Source: the human T2T-CHM13v2.0 reference genome, Homo sapiens
Length of the DNA: 64,000 nt
NCBI RefSeq assembly: GCF_009914755.1
Contig: NC_060925.1
Strand: one strand, 5' to 3'
In this document: one piece after another, positions 1-16,184 of the stretch
How positions within the stretch are numbered: position 1 is the stretch's first letter
Layout of the letters: each line of letters starts with the position of its first letter
Notes under the pieces: model-generated
Databases searched by the model: none
What the model saw: the letters and a program-made list of their open reading frames with translations, nothing else
Told to the model about the DNA's origin: nothing
Made by a program: the position numbers and the translations under genes

Positions 1-49
1 TGAGATCTATACCTGGATGTTCAAGTGAATTGTTGAGATATCCTTTTTG

Positions 50-1136
<1,087 letters not shown>

Positions 1137-1243
1137 AAAATCCTTGATTCTAATCAAGATGTTGAACTAGTACAGACGGCTGACACCTGGAGAAATAAAA
1201 AAAAAAAAAGGAAGTTTAGATTTTTAGGAATTAACAGCAACCA

Positions 1244-1244
<1 letters not shown>

Positions 1245-1288
<44 letters not shown>
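1245..1288. repeat. (CA)n microsatellite
   Basis: About 22 CA units. Confidence 0.95.
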
Positions 1289-1293
<5 letters not shown>

Positions 1294-1805
1294 CAGCTGT
1301 GAAAATTTCGATCTGTAGGACATTTTCAGAACTGGTATGTGAGTGTATAGAGTGTTACAGGCTAAAGCCAAGGGCCACCACGAGAAGCAGAGGGTGGAGG
1401 CAACTATTTGAATTTTTCTCTTGTAACAGATATGATCATTAATTGTCCTTTGAAAATAAACCTGTAGCAATAGCCAAGCCCCTGGTATGGACAGGATAAA
1501 GTCAAGGCAGGAAAAACCCATGCTAAGGTAAGGCACTGATGAAAACAGATGCAGGATTACCTGCCAGTGTTGGGAAGTCACTACTCCATCCTTTCCGCAA
1601 AACCACCCTGGCTGGTATATTATAAATAGGTAACTTGACTTTTATCAGTGTGGTCTTGCACTACAATTTAAATATAACTCTTACCATGGAAATTGCCTTT
1701 TGGAGTGGAAGCTAATTGGTATGATCAGCAGTGCTTCTTTGAATTCCTTAGGACATACACTTTTCTTCTAAATTCATTGGGAAATGCAGACTGAGGCTTA
1801 AATAT

Positions 1806-1963
1806 CTTTTTGTTGTTGTTGTTGTTGAGACAGAGTCTCGCTCTGTTGCCCAGGCTGGAGTGCAGTGGCACGATCTTGGTTCACTGCAACCTCCGCCTTT
1901 CAGGTTCAAGTGATTCTCCTGCCTCAGCCTCCTGAGTAGCTGGGACTACAGGCACGCATCACC
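1806..1963 (-). mobile_element. 5'-truncated Alu (right arm only)
   Basis: (GTT)n tail followed by the Alu right monomer. Confidence 0.9.
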
Positions 1964-2103
1964 TTGCAATTCAGTTAATAAAGACTAGTTTAAAGACATA
2001 TTTAGAAATGAAATGACTGTTACTAAATTAGCATTACAAAAACAGATCAAAAATGTTAAATGTACAATCAAGTTACATGGAAAATTAAAGTAATAGAAAA
2101 CTA

Positions 2104-2619
2104 CAGTAGACCCTGCTTATTCAGTTTTACCTTCTGTAGTTTCAGTTACCCATGGTCAACCATGGTTCAAAAATATTACATGGAAAATTGCAGAAATTAC
2201 CAATTCACAAGTATGAAATTGTGTGCCATTCTGGGTAGCATGATGAAATCTTGAGCTGTCCTTTTTTGCCCCACCAGGGTGTGAATCATCCCTTTCTCTA
2301 GCATATCCCCACCTGTTAGTCACTTAGGCGCCATCTTGGTTTTCAGATCCACTGTCATGGTATCACAATGTTTATGTTCAAGTAACCCTTATTTACTTAA
2401 AAATGGCCCAAAGTACAGGAGTAGTGATGCTAGCATGTTGTTCTATTTTTATTATTAGTTGTGATTAATCTCTTACTATGCTTAACTTATAAATTAAACT
2501 TTATTATAGGTATGTATGTATAAGAAAAAAAAATGTAGCCCGTATCCAGTCTGGTACTATTCATGGTTTTAAGCATTCACTGGGAGTATTGAAACATATC
2601 TCCCACAGATATACTACAG
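2104..2619 (+). mobile_element. MER44B-like (Tigger7-derived) DNA transposon
   Basis: ta|cagtag start; cagttacccatggtcaacc and gtgaatcatcccttt motifs; ctacag|ta end; TA TSD. Confidence 0.85.
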
Positions 2620-3072
2620 TATATCAGTGAAAATCAGAAAAAAATGAACATATTTGGGGGATGAGAGTGAAGCCAAATATGAACTAAAATAAACACACTA
2701 GATGAGATAAATAGTTGAATGCATGCAGCTGAATAAAGAATTAGGAGACTGATAGAAGAGAGTAAAGAAAATGTTGGAGGGCAGTAGGAAAGGATAAAAA
2801 GAGAGCAAATATAAAAATAAAAGTTAAAATTTGTCTAATAGAAAAGTAGAAGTTTCAATATCTGGAAAATAGGATTGCAGAAGGACAGAAATTAAAACAA
2901 ATATTTTTTAAATCTAAAAACTATTTTTCCAGAATTAAAGAAAATAGAAAGATGTCAGTTAAAGCATGTCCTAAGGTATCAAGTGAGAGAAATAAGAAAA
3001 AAAAAACATGCCTTAAGAAATTAAAACTAGAATATCAAAAAGAAAAAAAAATAAAGCCCTCAGGGAGGAAAA

Positions 3073-4273
3073 ATGTATTATTTTCTGCATACCAAATAAC
3101 CATATATTTCTGCATAACAAATAACCATAAATTTAGCAGCTAAAAATAACAAATGTCAGTTAGGAGTCTAGGCACAGCTTAGTCAGGTCCTCTGCTATAG
3201 AGTCATTTACAGGGCTGCAATCAAGGTGTTGATCAGGGCTACTGTCTCATCTGAAGGCTCAACTAGAGAAAAAGCCAATTTCAAGCTCTTTTGTTGTTGG
3301 AGGGATTCAGTTCTTTGCAGCAGCTGGATTGAGGGCCTGTGTTTCTTGCTGGTTGTTGGCCAAAGGCTGCTGCCCTCAGTTCCTTGTCATGAGGGTTGCC
3401 AAAGATAAACCCAACTGGACATTAGTTAAAACATTGAAACAGATTTTATTCAGTAACTACTGATAGTAAGAGAAACAACTGAGTTCCACTTTTATTTGTG
3501 CAGAGGTGATTGGGTGTTTTAAAGGGAAAATGAGGGACCCATGAGCAGAGGCTCAAGAAAAGTCAGAGAAGTAAAAAATTACAAAAGATTGATCTACATA
3601 AATGCATCTAGGCCAGCTGTGTCTGCTCTCTGGCAGTTATTGAAGTTAGGACTCTATTTGCTTAGAAACTGAGAGACAGGGGTCTTATCCTTCCTGATGA
3701 TTACATTTCAAAGGAATGTCCTTCAGTTTCTTCAGAAGGACACTTCTGAGTTGTAGGAGATACATATACATTTCAAAGGGAAATGAAAAGGACACATAAT
3801 TATAAGCCCTTTTTAGTAAATGTTCTAAGAAAGAACTTATCATCAGGTGTTGGCTAGAGCAAACAGTAAATTCTTGTAGCAGCACTGAGCTTTGTCAGGC
3901 AGGCATTTTAATGGGAGGCTGAAGTCAACTTAAGGACATGGCCTTATCTCTTAAAAGCAATGCTAGAGTTTGGATGCCTTTTAGTGCAGAGGTTTGGACA
4001 CAGTTTTTCTGGCCAAGAGTGTTGTAGTTCTCACATCCTCTCCAATTTGGCAGCTTTATCAAAGCTCACAAAGAAGAGAGTCTAGTAGTAAGATGAAGGT
4101 CATAATCTTAATGTAGCTTAAGTATGGAAGTGACATCCTATCACCTTTGATGTATTCTGTTGGTTACAAGAAAGTCACTAGGCCAGCCTACACTTAAAAG
4201 GTAATGATTACATAAGAGTGTGAATACCAGGAGGTAGGAATAATTGGGAGCCGTCTTAAACTTGACCTATCAC
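3073..4273 (-). mobile_element. MLT1F-like MaLR LTR (split by nested LTR)
   Basis: gctgcaatcaaggtg and tcatctgaaggctc motifs; second half ends ...cctatcaca. Confidence 0.75.
3390..4033 (-). mobile_element. MER67-like ERV1 solo LTR
   Basis: TG...CA termini; resembles recalled MER67 consensus; lies inside the MLT1. Confidence 0.65.
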
Positions 4274-4451
4274 AAGGAGTAAGCATTTTAAAAAATCAAA
4301 TTGGCATTAGATATCTTAATAGATAATAGAATATTTGATGCAAGAATACAATGAAACTTTAAGCTATTAAGGAACAATTGAAAAAAGATAAAATTACGAG
4401 TCATGCAAAAGTAAATGAACATGTGTTGTGTTTTTTCCAGTGTCTTTTTTG

Positions 4452-6918
4452 TTGTGGCAGAGACACAACAAAAAAGAAGACATTAGGCCAATATCCTTGA
4501 TGAACATCAATGCAAAAATCCTCAAAAAAAAATACTGGCAAATCAAATCCAGCAGCATGTCGAAAAGCCTAACCACCATGATCAAGTAGGCTTTATTCCT
4601 GGGATGCAAGGTTGGTTCAACATATGCAAATCAATAAATGTGATTCATCACATAAACACAACTAAAGACAAAAACATGATTATCTCAATAGATACAGAGA
4701 AGACTTTCAATAAAATTCAATACCCCTTTATATTAAAAACCCTCAACAAACAAGGTATTGAAGGAACATACCTCAAAATAATAAGAGCTACATATGACAA
4801 ACCCAGAGTCAACATCATACTATTTGGGCAAAAACTGGAAGCATTCCCTATGAAAACCAGCACAAAACAAGGATACCTTCTCTCACCACTCCTGTTCAAC
4901 ATAGTATTGGAAATCCTGGCCAGTGCAGTCATGCAGGAGAAAGAAAGAAAGTACATCCAAATAGGAAGAGAGGAAGTCAAACTATCCCTGTCAGCCAATG
5001 GCACAATGCTATATCTAGAAAACCCCATAGCCTCAGCCCAAAAGCTCCTTCAGCTGATAAACAACTTCAGCAAAGTCTTAGGATACAAAATTAATGTACA
5101 GAAATCATTAGCATTTCTATACACCAACAGCAGTGATGCAGAGAGCCAAATTAGGAATGCAATCCCATTCACAATTGCCACAAAAAGAAAAAAGTATCTA
5201 GGAATACAGCTAACCAGAGAAGTGAAAGATCTCTACAAGAGGAACTACAAAACACTGCTCAAAGAAATCAGAGCTGACAAAAACAAATGGAAAAGCATTC
5301 CATACTCATGGATAGGAAGAATCAATATAGTTAAAATGGCCATACTGCTCAAAGAAATTTATAGATTCAAGGATATTCCTATTAAACTACCAATGATGTT
5401 CTTCAAGGAACTAGAAAAAACTATTTAAAAATTCATATGACACCAAAAAAGAGCCTGAATAGCCAAGGCAAGCCTAAGCAAAAAGAACAAAGCTGGGGGT
5501 ATCACACTAACAGACTTCAAACTATGGTAAAGGCTACAGTCACCAAAACAGCATGGTGTTGGTATAAAAACAGACACATATATCAATGGGACAGAACAGA
5601 CAGTCCTGAAATAAGGCTGCACACTACAGTTATCTGACCTTCAACAAAGCTAACACAAGCAATGGGGAAAAAACTCCCTTATTAATAAATGGTGCTGGGA
5701 TAACCGGCTAGCCATATGCAGAAGATTGAAGTTAGGTGCCTTCCTTACACCATATACAGAAATCAATGCAAGATGGATTAAGGACTTAAATGTAAAACTC
5801 AAAACTATAAAAATCCTGGAAGACAACCTAGGCAATACCATCCAGGACATAGGAATGGGCAAAGACACAAAAAGCAATTGCAACGAAAGCAAACATTGAC
5901 AAATGGGATATAACTAAACTTTCGAGCTTCTGCACAGCAAAAGAACTATCAGCAGAGTAACTAGACAATCTACAGAATAGGAGATAATATTTCCAAACTA
6001 TGCAGCTGACAAAGGTCTAATATCCAACATTATAGGGAACTTACACACATTTACAAGAGAAAAACAAACAAGCCCATTGAAAAGTTGGCAGAGGACATGA
6101 ACAGACACTCTTCAAAAGAAGACATACATGTGTCAAACAAGCATATGAAAAAAAGCTCAACATCACTAAGCAGTAGAGAAATGCAAATCAAAACCACTAT
6201 GACATACCATTTTGCACCAGTAAGAATGGCTATAAAAAGTCAAAAAATAACAGATGCTGGTGAAGATGTGGAGAAGAAGAAACACTTACACACTGTGGTG
6301 GGAGTGTAAATTAAGTCAACCAGTGTGGAAAATAGTGTGGTGATTCCTCAAAGACCCAAAACCAGAGCTACCGTTTGACCCAGCAATCCCATTACTGGGT
6401 ATGTACCCAGAGGAATATAAATCATTCCACCATAAAGACACATGCACACGGATATTCACTGCAACACTATTCACAATAGCAAAGACATGGAATCAACCTA
6501 AATGCCCATCAATGGTAGACTGGTTAAAGAAAATGTGGTACATATACACCATAGAATACTATGCAGCCATAAAAAAGAGTGAAATCGTGTCCTTTGCAGC
6601 AACATAGATGGGGCTGGAGGCCATTATCCTTAGCAATCTAACACAGGAACGGAAAACCAAATACCAAATATTCCCACTTTTAAGTGGGAGTTATGATGAG
6701 AACACATGGCCCCATAGAGAACAACAGACACGAGGCCTATTGTAGGGTTGTGGGGGAGTGAGGAGGGACAGCATCAGGAAAACTAACTAATGGAGACTGG
6801 GATTACTACTTGGGCGATGAAATAATCTGTACAACAAATTCCTGTGACACAAATTTACCTATATAACAAACCTGCACATGTACCCTTTAACTTAAAACTT
6901 AAATTAAAAAAAAAAAAA
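4452..6918 (+). mobile_element. 5'-truncated L1PA13-16 (ORF2 RT/C-term, 3'UTR, polyA)
   Basis: ORF 4604-5428 is an L1 ORF2 RT fragment with FADD decayed to SANG; 3'UTR of L1PA15/16 type; A tail. Confidence 0.9.
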
Positions 6919-7939
6919 CTCCCACACATTTCAAAAGGACAATGAGCCACACCCATCCACATAAGGCGTTTCAACTTTTCACCTTAATTCAGTTAACCCC
7001 CCTCCTACTACTTAATAACTCACAAGCTGCAGCTCTTCAAATTGTCACCTTGGCTACTCAGTCCTCTGTATCCTCTCCCTTTAATTTTCCCCTCTTTCCT
7101 CTTTGCTTATTTGTATTTGCCTCCATGTTCTTCCATTTTATCTCTTATTTCTTTCACCTTTTCTATCTCTCTTTTGTTCTCTTCCTTACACAGGCTGGGT
7201 GGTAGGTGTGGGAGCTGGGTGCAGTGGCAAGAGTATAGGCATACACTTCCAAAAGCAAATTCAAGGTCTTTTACAATGTAAAGTATCCTGTCCACATATT
7301 ATTTATGTACTTACTAACCACTTAACATGTTAAAAACTGTACTTCCATTTTTTTGGCAGTTGCTGTATTTTTGTTTAATGTATCAGTATTTTATATTGTT
7401 TCCCTAACTTCAGTTTCCCATGAACCCTGGGGTTTTTATTGTATGATTCTGCATAATGTGGTGATGTTAGGAATGTATATGTCATGTTATATCAGAACTA
7501 CCTACAAAGATAATTTAAAAACCTTTGTAAAGCCACTTTGGGTGAGATGAGCAACAGGGGCTGGATTTACTCTCCTACTTGAAGCAACATCTGTAGCAAA
7601 AACAACAGCAACAAAACAAAAATGTGTGAAACAGTACCTTTTAAGATACTGGAATCAGGCAATGAAAGACAGTGATTTTGAAATATGGGAAAAAATGAGG
7701 TAAGCGTTACCATTGCCTCAGCTTACCATCTTGAGAGATTTTCAGCCTACAGCTGAAGGAAGAGGAACTGAGGCAGAGCCTGTCAGACTAGCTGTGTTGA
7801 GAAATGGAGCTGAGTCCTGGGAAACCAAGGCAAAGTTGATAGGACAGACTATAAAAGAGAGGCGATAACTGCATGGAAGGAGATATATGTGTGTGTGTGG
7901 TGGTGGTGAATTGGTGGTGTGAAGAGAGAGACAGAGGGA

Positions 7940-8449
7940 AGAAGAGATTTATTATGGAAATTGTTTCATGTGATTATAATGGTCAAGAAGTTCCACCATC
8001 TGCCATTTGGAAGTTGGATAACCAGGAAAGCCAGTGGTGTAGTTAAGTCTGGATCTAAGGACTGGAGAGCCAGAGGAGCCAATGGCATAACTCTCAGTTT
8101 GACTCCAAGGCCTAAGAACTCGGGAGTGGGAAGGAGAGTGCAGGTGTAAGTCTCAAAGTCACAGGGCTTGAAAACCAGGAGTGCTCATGTCTGATGGCAG
8201 AAGTGGATGAACCTATCTCAAGAAAAGAGGGAATGCATCCTTCTTCCACATTTTTGTTCTATTCAGACCCTCAACTGATGGGATGGTGCCTGCCCACATT
8301 GGTGAGGGTAGATCTTTTTATTTAGACTACTGGTTCAAATGCTAATCTACTCCAGAGACACCCTTACAGGCACACACAGTAATAATGTGTTCCCAGCTAT
8401 CTGAGCATCCCTTAGCCAAGAGAAATTGATACATAAATTAACCAGCACA
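7940..8449 (-). mobile_element. MLT2B-like ERVL LTR (partial)
   Basis: gagatttattat...aagccagtggtgta...aaattgatacataaattaaccagcaca. Confidence 0.85.
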
Positions 8450-8997
8450 GTTCATGTTGAATATTCAGTAGAGTACTGACAAGCATTTGTCTGTAATGAA
8501 ACTCAATGCTGGGGAATGAACTATCAAAAAGGATAAGAAGGAATAGTACCTAACACACAGGGCTGGAAACAGTGCATCTTTCCACTACGGACTGGCAAAA
8601 TTCATATTTCATGTGTGTGGAATAGAGTACTGCTACACTCCAGATGTACCTAACAAATCACAAAAACAAGACCTGAAAGTATCAAACTTCTTCCAGATAA
8701 AATAACTGTATCTCAAAACAAAACTCAAGAGAATGTATAGCAATACAAAAATAGCCAGCATCCAACAAGGTAATATTTACAATGTTAGAGCCTAATCAAA
8801 GATTACCAGGCATACAGAGGCAATACAATATCCACAATGGAAATAATCAAAACTGACCCAGATATTGGAATTAGCAAATAGGGATATTAATACAAATATT
8901 ACAACTGTATATGTTCAAAAAGTTAAGTAAACATATAGAAGATATTTTTAAAATTCAAATAAAATTTCCAAAGAGGAAAGCTATAGTGATAAAATAG

Positions 8998-9621
<624 letters not shown>

Positions 9622-9780
9622 AGAAAAATACACTTTATTAAATTAATGGAAGATTACATCTTACAGAAGAAATAATAACTGAGCTTTAAGCTTAGTCCCT
9701 GATGTGGTTCTGTTTGTATTTATCTTGTTCGGTGTTTATAGGGAATTTTGAATCTGCATTTTGTAAACTTAAAAAAAACT

Positions 9781-10115
<335 letters not shown>

Positions 10116-10189
10116 TTAGTTAAATATTTACTCTTCTTTGGTAAAAATGCCTCAAAGAGTTTTTACACTTATTTCTTAAGCAATTTCTT

Positions 10190-11800
10190 TTCAATTTTCA
10201 AAAATTATTCACCAGTATTTCTTCAAATACTGTATCTTTTTCTTACTCTCTCACTTCTATCTTGACTCCAATTACCCATATGTTAGACCTTTTATCAATG
10301 TCCCATGTGTCTCTTATGTTTTATTCAATATTTTATATCTCCTTTTATGTTCTTGATTCTTTTATATTTCCCAGTTCACTAATCATCTGAAAAATCATAT
10401 CTAATGAACTATTTACTAATCTATTAAACTTCTTATTTTAATTATAGTCGTTTTTCATTTTAGGACTTTCATTTGACTCTTTTTTTATATTTCATATCTC
10501 TGATCAAGTTTTCCATTTTAAATCTTTATTTGTGTCAATTAATCATAATTTAAAATATCTGTTAATGCCAAATCTTTTCTGAGTCTGTTTTTATTGTCGA
10601 TTTTACTCTTTGTTTTTGTCTTTTTGCTTATGTTGTATAAGATGTCTCACAATTTGTATTGGGTGCTAAACATTGTCCATGAAAACTTTAAAGAATTAAG
10701 TTCTAAGTACTAATGACCATATCAATCCTGCAGAGGGTTGATTTGAGACTTTGTTATGACTACTCCATTTCAATTTATTATTATTTATAGAGAGTGGTCC
10801 ATATTTCTAGAGTGTGATCATTCTGGGATCTCAATTGAAAACCCAGTTTTTACCAAAACCCCTTGACCTTGGCAAATTTTGAACTCCAATCTCTGTCTCA
10901 TCAGTACAACATAATTGCTGAAACTTCTGTACAGTTTGTTAGCCTCCTAGCTGCTGTTTTCTGCTGGATTTATTGGATTCCTGCCCCTTAATGTGAAGCT
11001 CAGAATTTGGCCAGTGATTTGATGTGAATTTGTAGCCGGCTTCTTCCTCTATGATTTATTTCCCTTTGGGAATTTGCTTAAGTCCCAGCCACTTGGCATC
11101 CCTGAATTCTGATCTCTGCTTCCGCATTCCAATATGACTATGCTGTATACTTTGACTATAGTCCTCATGTTAAAAAAATTTTTCAGAAAATAGGTTAGGA
11201 TAAATATGAATCTTTTCTCTTATGCTTTCCTTTTCTCAAGGATCATGGTTCCTCAACTCCTAACATTATCGATTACTCCTCAATGCCTTAAACCATTGTA
11301 TTATACAGACTGTTCCCATGCACACACACACACAGACACACATGTATATGTATATGTTTGTATGTGTATATGTAAAAGGGTTACTAAAATATAAGCTATT
11401 CCATCCTATTCAGAACTAAAAGTTTTCTCAAGAAAACATTGATTCTGTAATCTCAATATTTATAATTTTCCTTTCTAGGATATTTAGTTCCTTTTTGATT
11501 CTGTTAATTGTCTGTAGTTTTTGGTACATGCTTGTTTTCCAACTTTATATATTCCAATATTCCAATATATTCAGTAAATATATTTTTTATAGTTTGATTC
11601 TGATTATTTCAGTATCTAATATCCTTAAGAAGCTTATTATGCATCATTTCTGATTATAATTTCTGAATGCAAGATGAGGTTTTTGGAAATTTATGTTAAT
11701 TTTCTAGTCTTTTTATAAGTTTTTCATTATAGATTTATAAAAATTAAAAGTCTAGCCTTTCATTGCTCCATAGATAATTTGCATTTTCTTTTAAAAATAA
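10190..11800 (-). mobile_element. Ancient L1ME/HAL1 ORF1 and 5' remnants
   Basis: T-rich degenerate antisense ORF1-like sequence. Confidence 0.5.
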
Positions 11801-12620
11801 GATTTTAAAAATTAAAGTATTATTTACATACAATAAACTAGAGAAATCTTAGGTACACAGCTCAGCAAATTTTTCACTTATGAACACATCCATGTAGAAT
11901 ATTTTCTTTTTTTTCTTTTTTTTGAGATGAAGTTTCACTTTGTTGCCCAGGCTGGATTGCAGTCACATGATCTCGGCTCACTACAACCTCTGCCTCCTGG
12001 GTTCAAGTGGTTCTCCTGCTTCAGCCTCCTGAATAGCTGGGATTACAGGCATGCGCCACCACAGCCGGCTAATTTTTGTAGTTTTAGTAGAGATGGGGTT
12101 TCGCTATGTTGGTCAGGCTGGTCTTGAACTCCTGACCTTAAGAGATCTGCCCACCTCGGCCTCCCAAAGTGTTGGGATTACAGGTGTGAGCCACTGTGCC
12201 TGCCCGGCCCATGTAGAACATTTTTTGGAGCCTGCAAAAGGCTCCATGCTGTATGTTGCCACTCAGCACTCCACCAGTAAGGAAAAGCACTATTCGCACC
12301 ACTATTACATGAGTTAGCTTTGCCTTTTCTTATAAGGACACCAGTAAGATAAGATTAGGACCTATAAAAGTAGTTGGCTTTTATATAGAAAAAAATTTAT
12401 AGCATATCATGGCTTCTTTTGCTCAACATTATGTCTGTGATATTTGTCTATGTTGTTACATGTAGCAGCAGTTTATTTTTTCTTTGATATGTAATATTCC
12501 ATTATATAAGGCCATAAGTTATTTATTCTTCCTAATAATGATGGACATTTGTGTTCTTTCTAGCTTTTGGCTATTTGCATTTTCTTTTGCTAGTCTTTGG
12601 AGGAAGATGCCCATGTCAGA
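11800..12620 (-). mobile_element. L1ME 3' end remnant
   Basis: tacatacaataaa...gctcaacattatgtctgtga...tattccatt...gatggacattt. Confidence 0.65.
11906..12209 (-). mobile_element. AluS SINE
   Basis: TSD catgtagaa(t/c)atttt at 11891-11905 and 12210-12224. Confidence 0.95.
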
Positions 12621-12919
12621 GTACTTTAAATGACACACTTGATTTTTTTAGAACCACATAGGTAACTTTAAGTTTCCCTTCACTAGTGACAAAGGTAAGA
12701 CAAGCAATATCTCTTGCCAAACCCTTCACATAGATCCCTGAGTTATTTACACTGAGTATTTACCACTTTGAGATCCTAGCGTTATATAGGGGAGGAGCCT
12801 CCTTTTAGATTGCTACCTTGGATAGGATCTAGATTTTATCTGCTTTTCTCTGTTCCCTGAATTACTTCTATAGGCTGAATTGTATTCTGCCAAAATTCAT
12901 ATGCTGAAGCCCTAACTGA

Positions 12920-13540
12920 TCTTTGTGAAAGATCAGTTGGCTGTAAATATGTGGCATTATTTCTGAGTTCTCTATTCTGTTCTAATCTGACACATTGATC
13001 TAGGTGTCTATTTTTATACCAGTACCATGCCGTTTGGGTTATGATAGCCTTGGAATACAATTTGAAGTCAAGTAATGTGATACCTCCAGCTTTTTTCCTT
13101 TTGGTTAGAATTGGTTTGGATAATCAGGCTGTTTTTTGGTTCCAAATGAATTTTAGGATTGTTTTTTCAAATTCTTTGAAAAATGACAGTGATATTTTGA
13201 TAGTGCATTGAATCTATAGATTGCTTTTGGCAGTATGGTCATTTTAATTATATTAATTCTTCTCATCCACGAGCATGTTTTTCTATTTATTTGTGTTATC
13301 AACAATTTATTTTGTTAGTGTTTTGTAGCTTTTCTTATGGCAATCTTTCACCTCCCTGGTTAAACTTATTCCTAGATATTTCATTTTATTTTTTTGTAGC
13401 TATTGTAAATGGGATTGATTTCCTGATTTTATTCTCAGCTAGTTATTGGTGCATAGAAACACCACTGATTTTGTACACTGACTTTGTATCCTGCAACTTT
13501 ACCCAATTCATTTATCAAATCTAACAGTTTTTTGGTGGAG
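12920..13540 (-). mobile_element. L1M/L1MA ORF2 fragment
   Basis: Antisense translation [18 protein letters not shown]. Confidence 0.85.
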
Positions 13541-13673
13541 CACATGTTTTTGGAAAAATCGCACTGATAGACTTGCTTGATGCAGTGTTGCCACAAACCT
13601 GCAATTTGTAAATAAAAATGCAGGTATCTGCAAAATGCAATAAAATGAAGCACAATAAAATGAGGTATGCCTG
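13538..13673 (-). mobile_element. Tigger1 5' terminus
   Basis: Reverse complement begins CAGGCATACCTC (TIR) next to TA. Confidence 0.9.
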
Positions 13674-14070
13674 TAAATGACTTTCTGGGAAAGGTAAAAC
13701 CCTGGAGACAGTGTAAAGATCAGTGGTTGCTGGGGCTAGGGAGAAGAGAGGGGAATTTAAGTACGGCACCAATTTCTAAGGCAGTGAAATAATTATTCTG
13801 TGATTCTATAATGCTGGATACATGTCATCATACATTTGTCAAAATCTATAGAATGTACAACACCATGAGTGAATCCTAATGTAAACTATGGACTTTAGTT
13901 AATAATAATGTATTATTGGCTCATCAACTGTAACAAATATACCACAATAATGCAAGATGTTAATAGGGAATTAAAAGTGAGTAATAAAGGGTATATGGGA
14001 ACTCTGTACTTTTAGCTCAGTTTTTTCCATTTATCTAATGCTGCTAAGAAATAAAGCCTATTGATTAAAA
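13674..14070 (+). mobile_element. L1MC1/2 3' end
   Basis: aaagatcagtggttgc...aatgtaaactatggacttt...gggtatatgggaactctgtact. Confidence 0.85.
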
Positions 14071-14220
14071 ACATTATAGAATACCTCTCAAGCTGTATTT
14101 AAAGGAAAACTTATGACCGTAAATTTCTATATTAGAAAAAGGAAAAAAGTATCAAATCAATGACGTCAGTTTGCTTGTATTAATCAGGGTTCTCCAAAGA
14201 AATAGACCCAATAGGAGAAT

Positions 14221-15676
<1,456 letters not shown>

Positions 15677-16103
15677 TGTGTACTCTTAGGTCATGATTGG
15701 TCAGGTATGGCCACAAGATGGGGGAAAAGGAGAGGCTCAGGAAAACAAAGTTTATTACATCGTGGACCCTAAAGAGTAACTGCCTGTCAAGAGGGGTTCA
15801 CATAGGAAGAGTGCCAAGGGAGTGGGCTCAACCATGCAAGAGGGAGCCAAATAAGAGAGAAGACCCACGCATAAGTGCCTTTATTAAGGGCCATGGTGGA
15901 GTAAACAAGCAAGAGGCACAAAAGGATTTCATTTGTGCATTTGAAAGTTGGTAGATCACAGTCAGGGAGGGCAAGAAAGGAAACTTACGGCAGAAGCCAA
16001 CCTTATCACACTGGTACACCTGGTTACTTGGGTGTGGTGCTCATAGCCTGTTTGTGGGGATGTTGAGGCAGCAAGAAAATATAAAGTTTTAAAATTTACA
16101 ATA
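15677..16103 (-). mobile_element. 3' LTR of ERVL-class provirus (MER74/MER88/LTR53-like group)
   Basis: Lies directly after env and a purine-rich PPT-like tract (~16104-16118); AATAAA on the minus strand. Confidence 0.7.
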
Positions 16104-16184
16104 CTTTCAACCCTGTGGTGCCTCAACATCATTAACAATACTAATTGGGAGGAAGAATACTTGCCACCTGGATTGTGGAGAGGT

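Larger units (their letters stand above)
2620..4430 (+). mobile_element. Ancient HAL1/L1M ORF1 remnant split by nested LTRs
   Basis: A-rich ORF1-like sequence at 2620-3070 resumes at ~4275 after the MLT1. Confidence 0.5.

Noticed and set aside
1231-1581. 116-aa minus-strand ORF in unique sequence
   Set aside because: No recognisable homology, non-ATG start, and it ends in a CA repeat
4604-5428. 274-aa ORF as a functional reverse transcriptase
   Set aside because: Fragment of a truncated L1 ORF2; catalytic FADD has decayed to SANG
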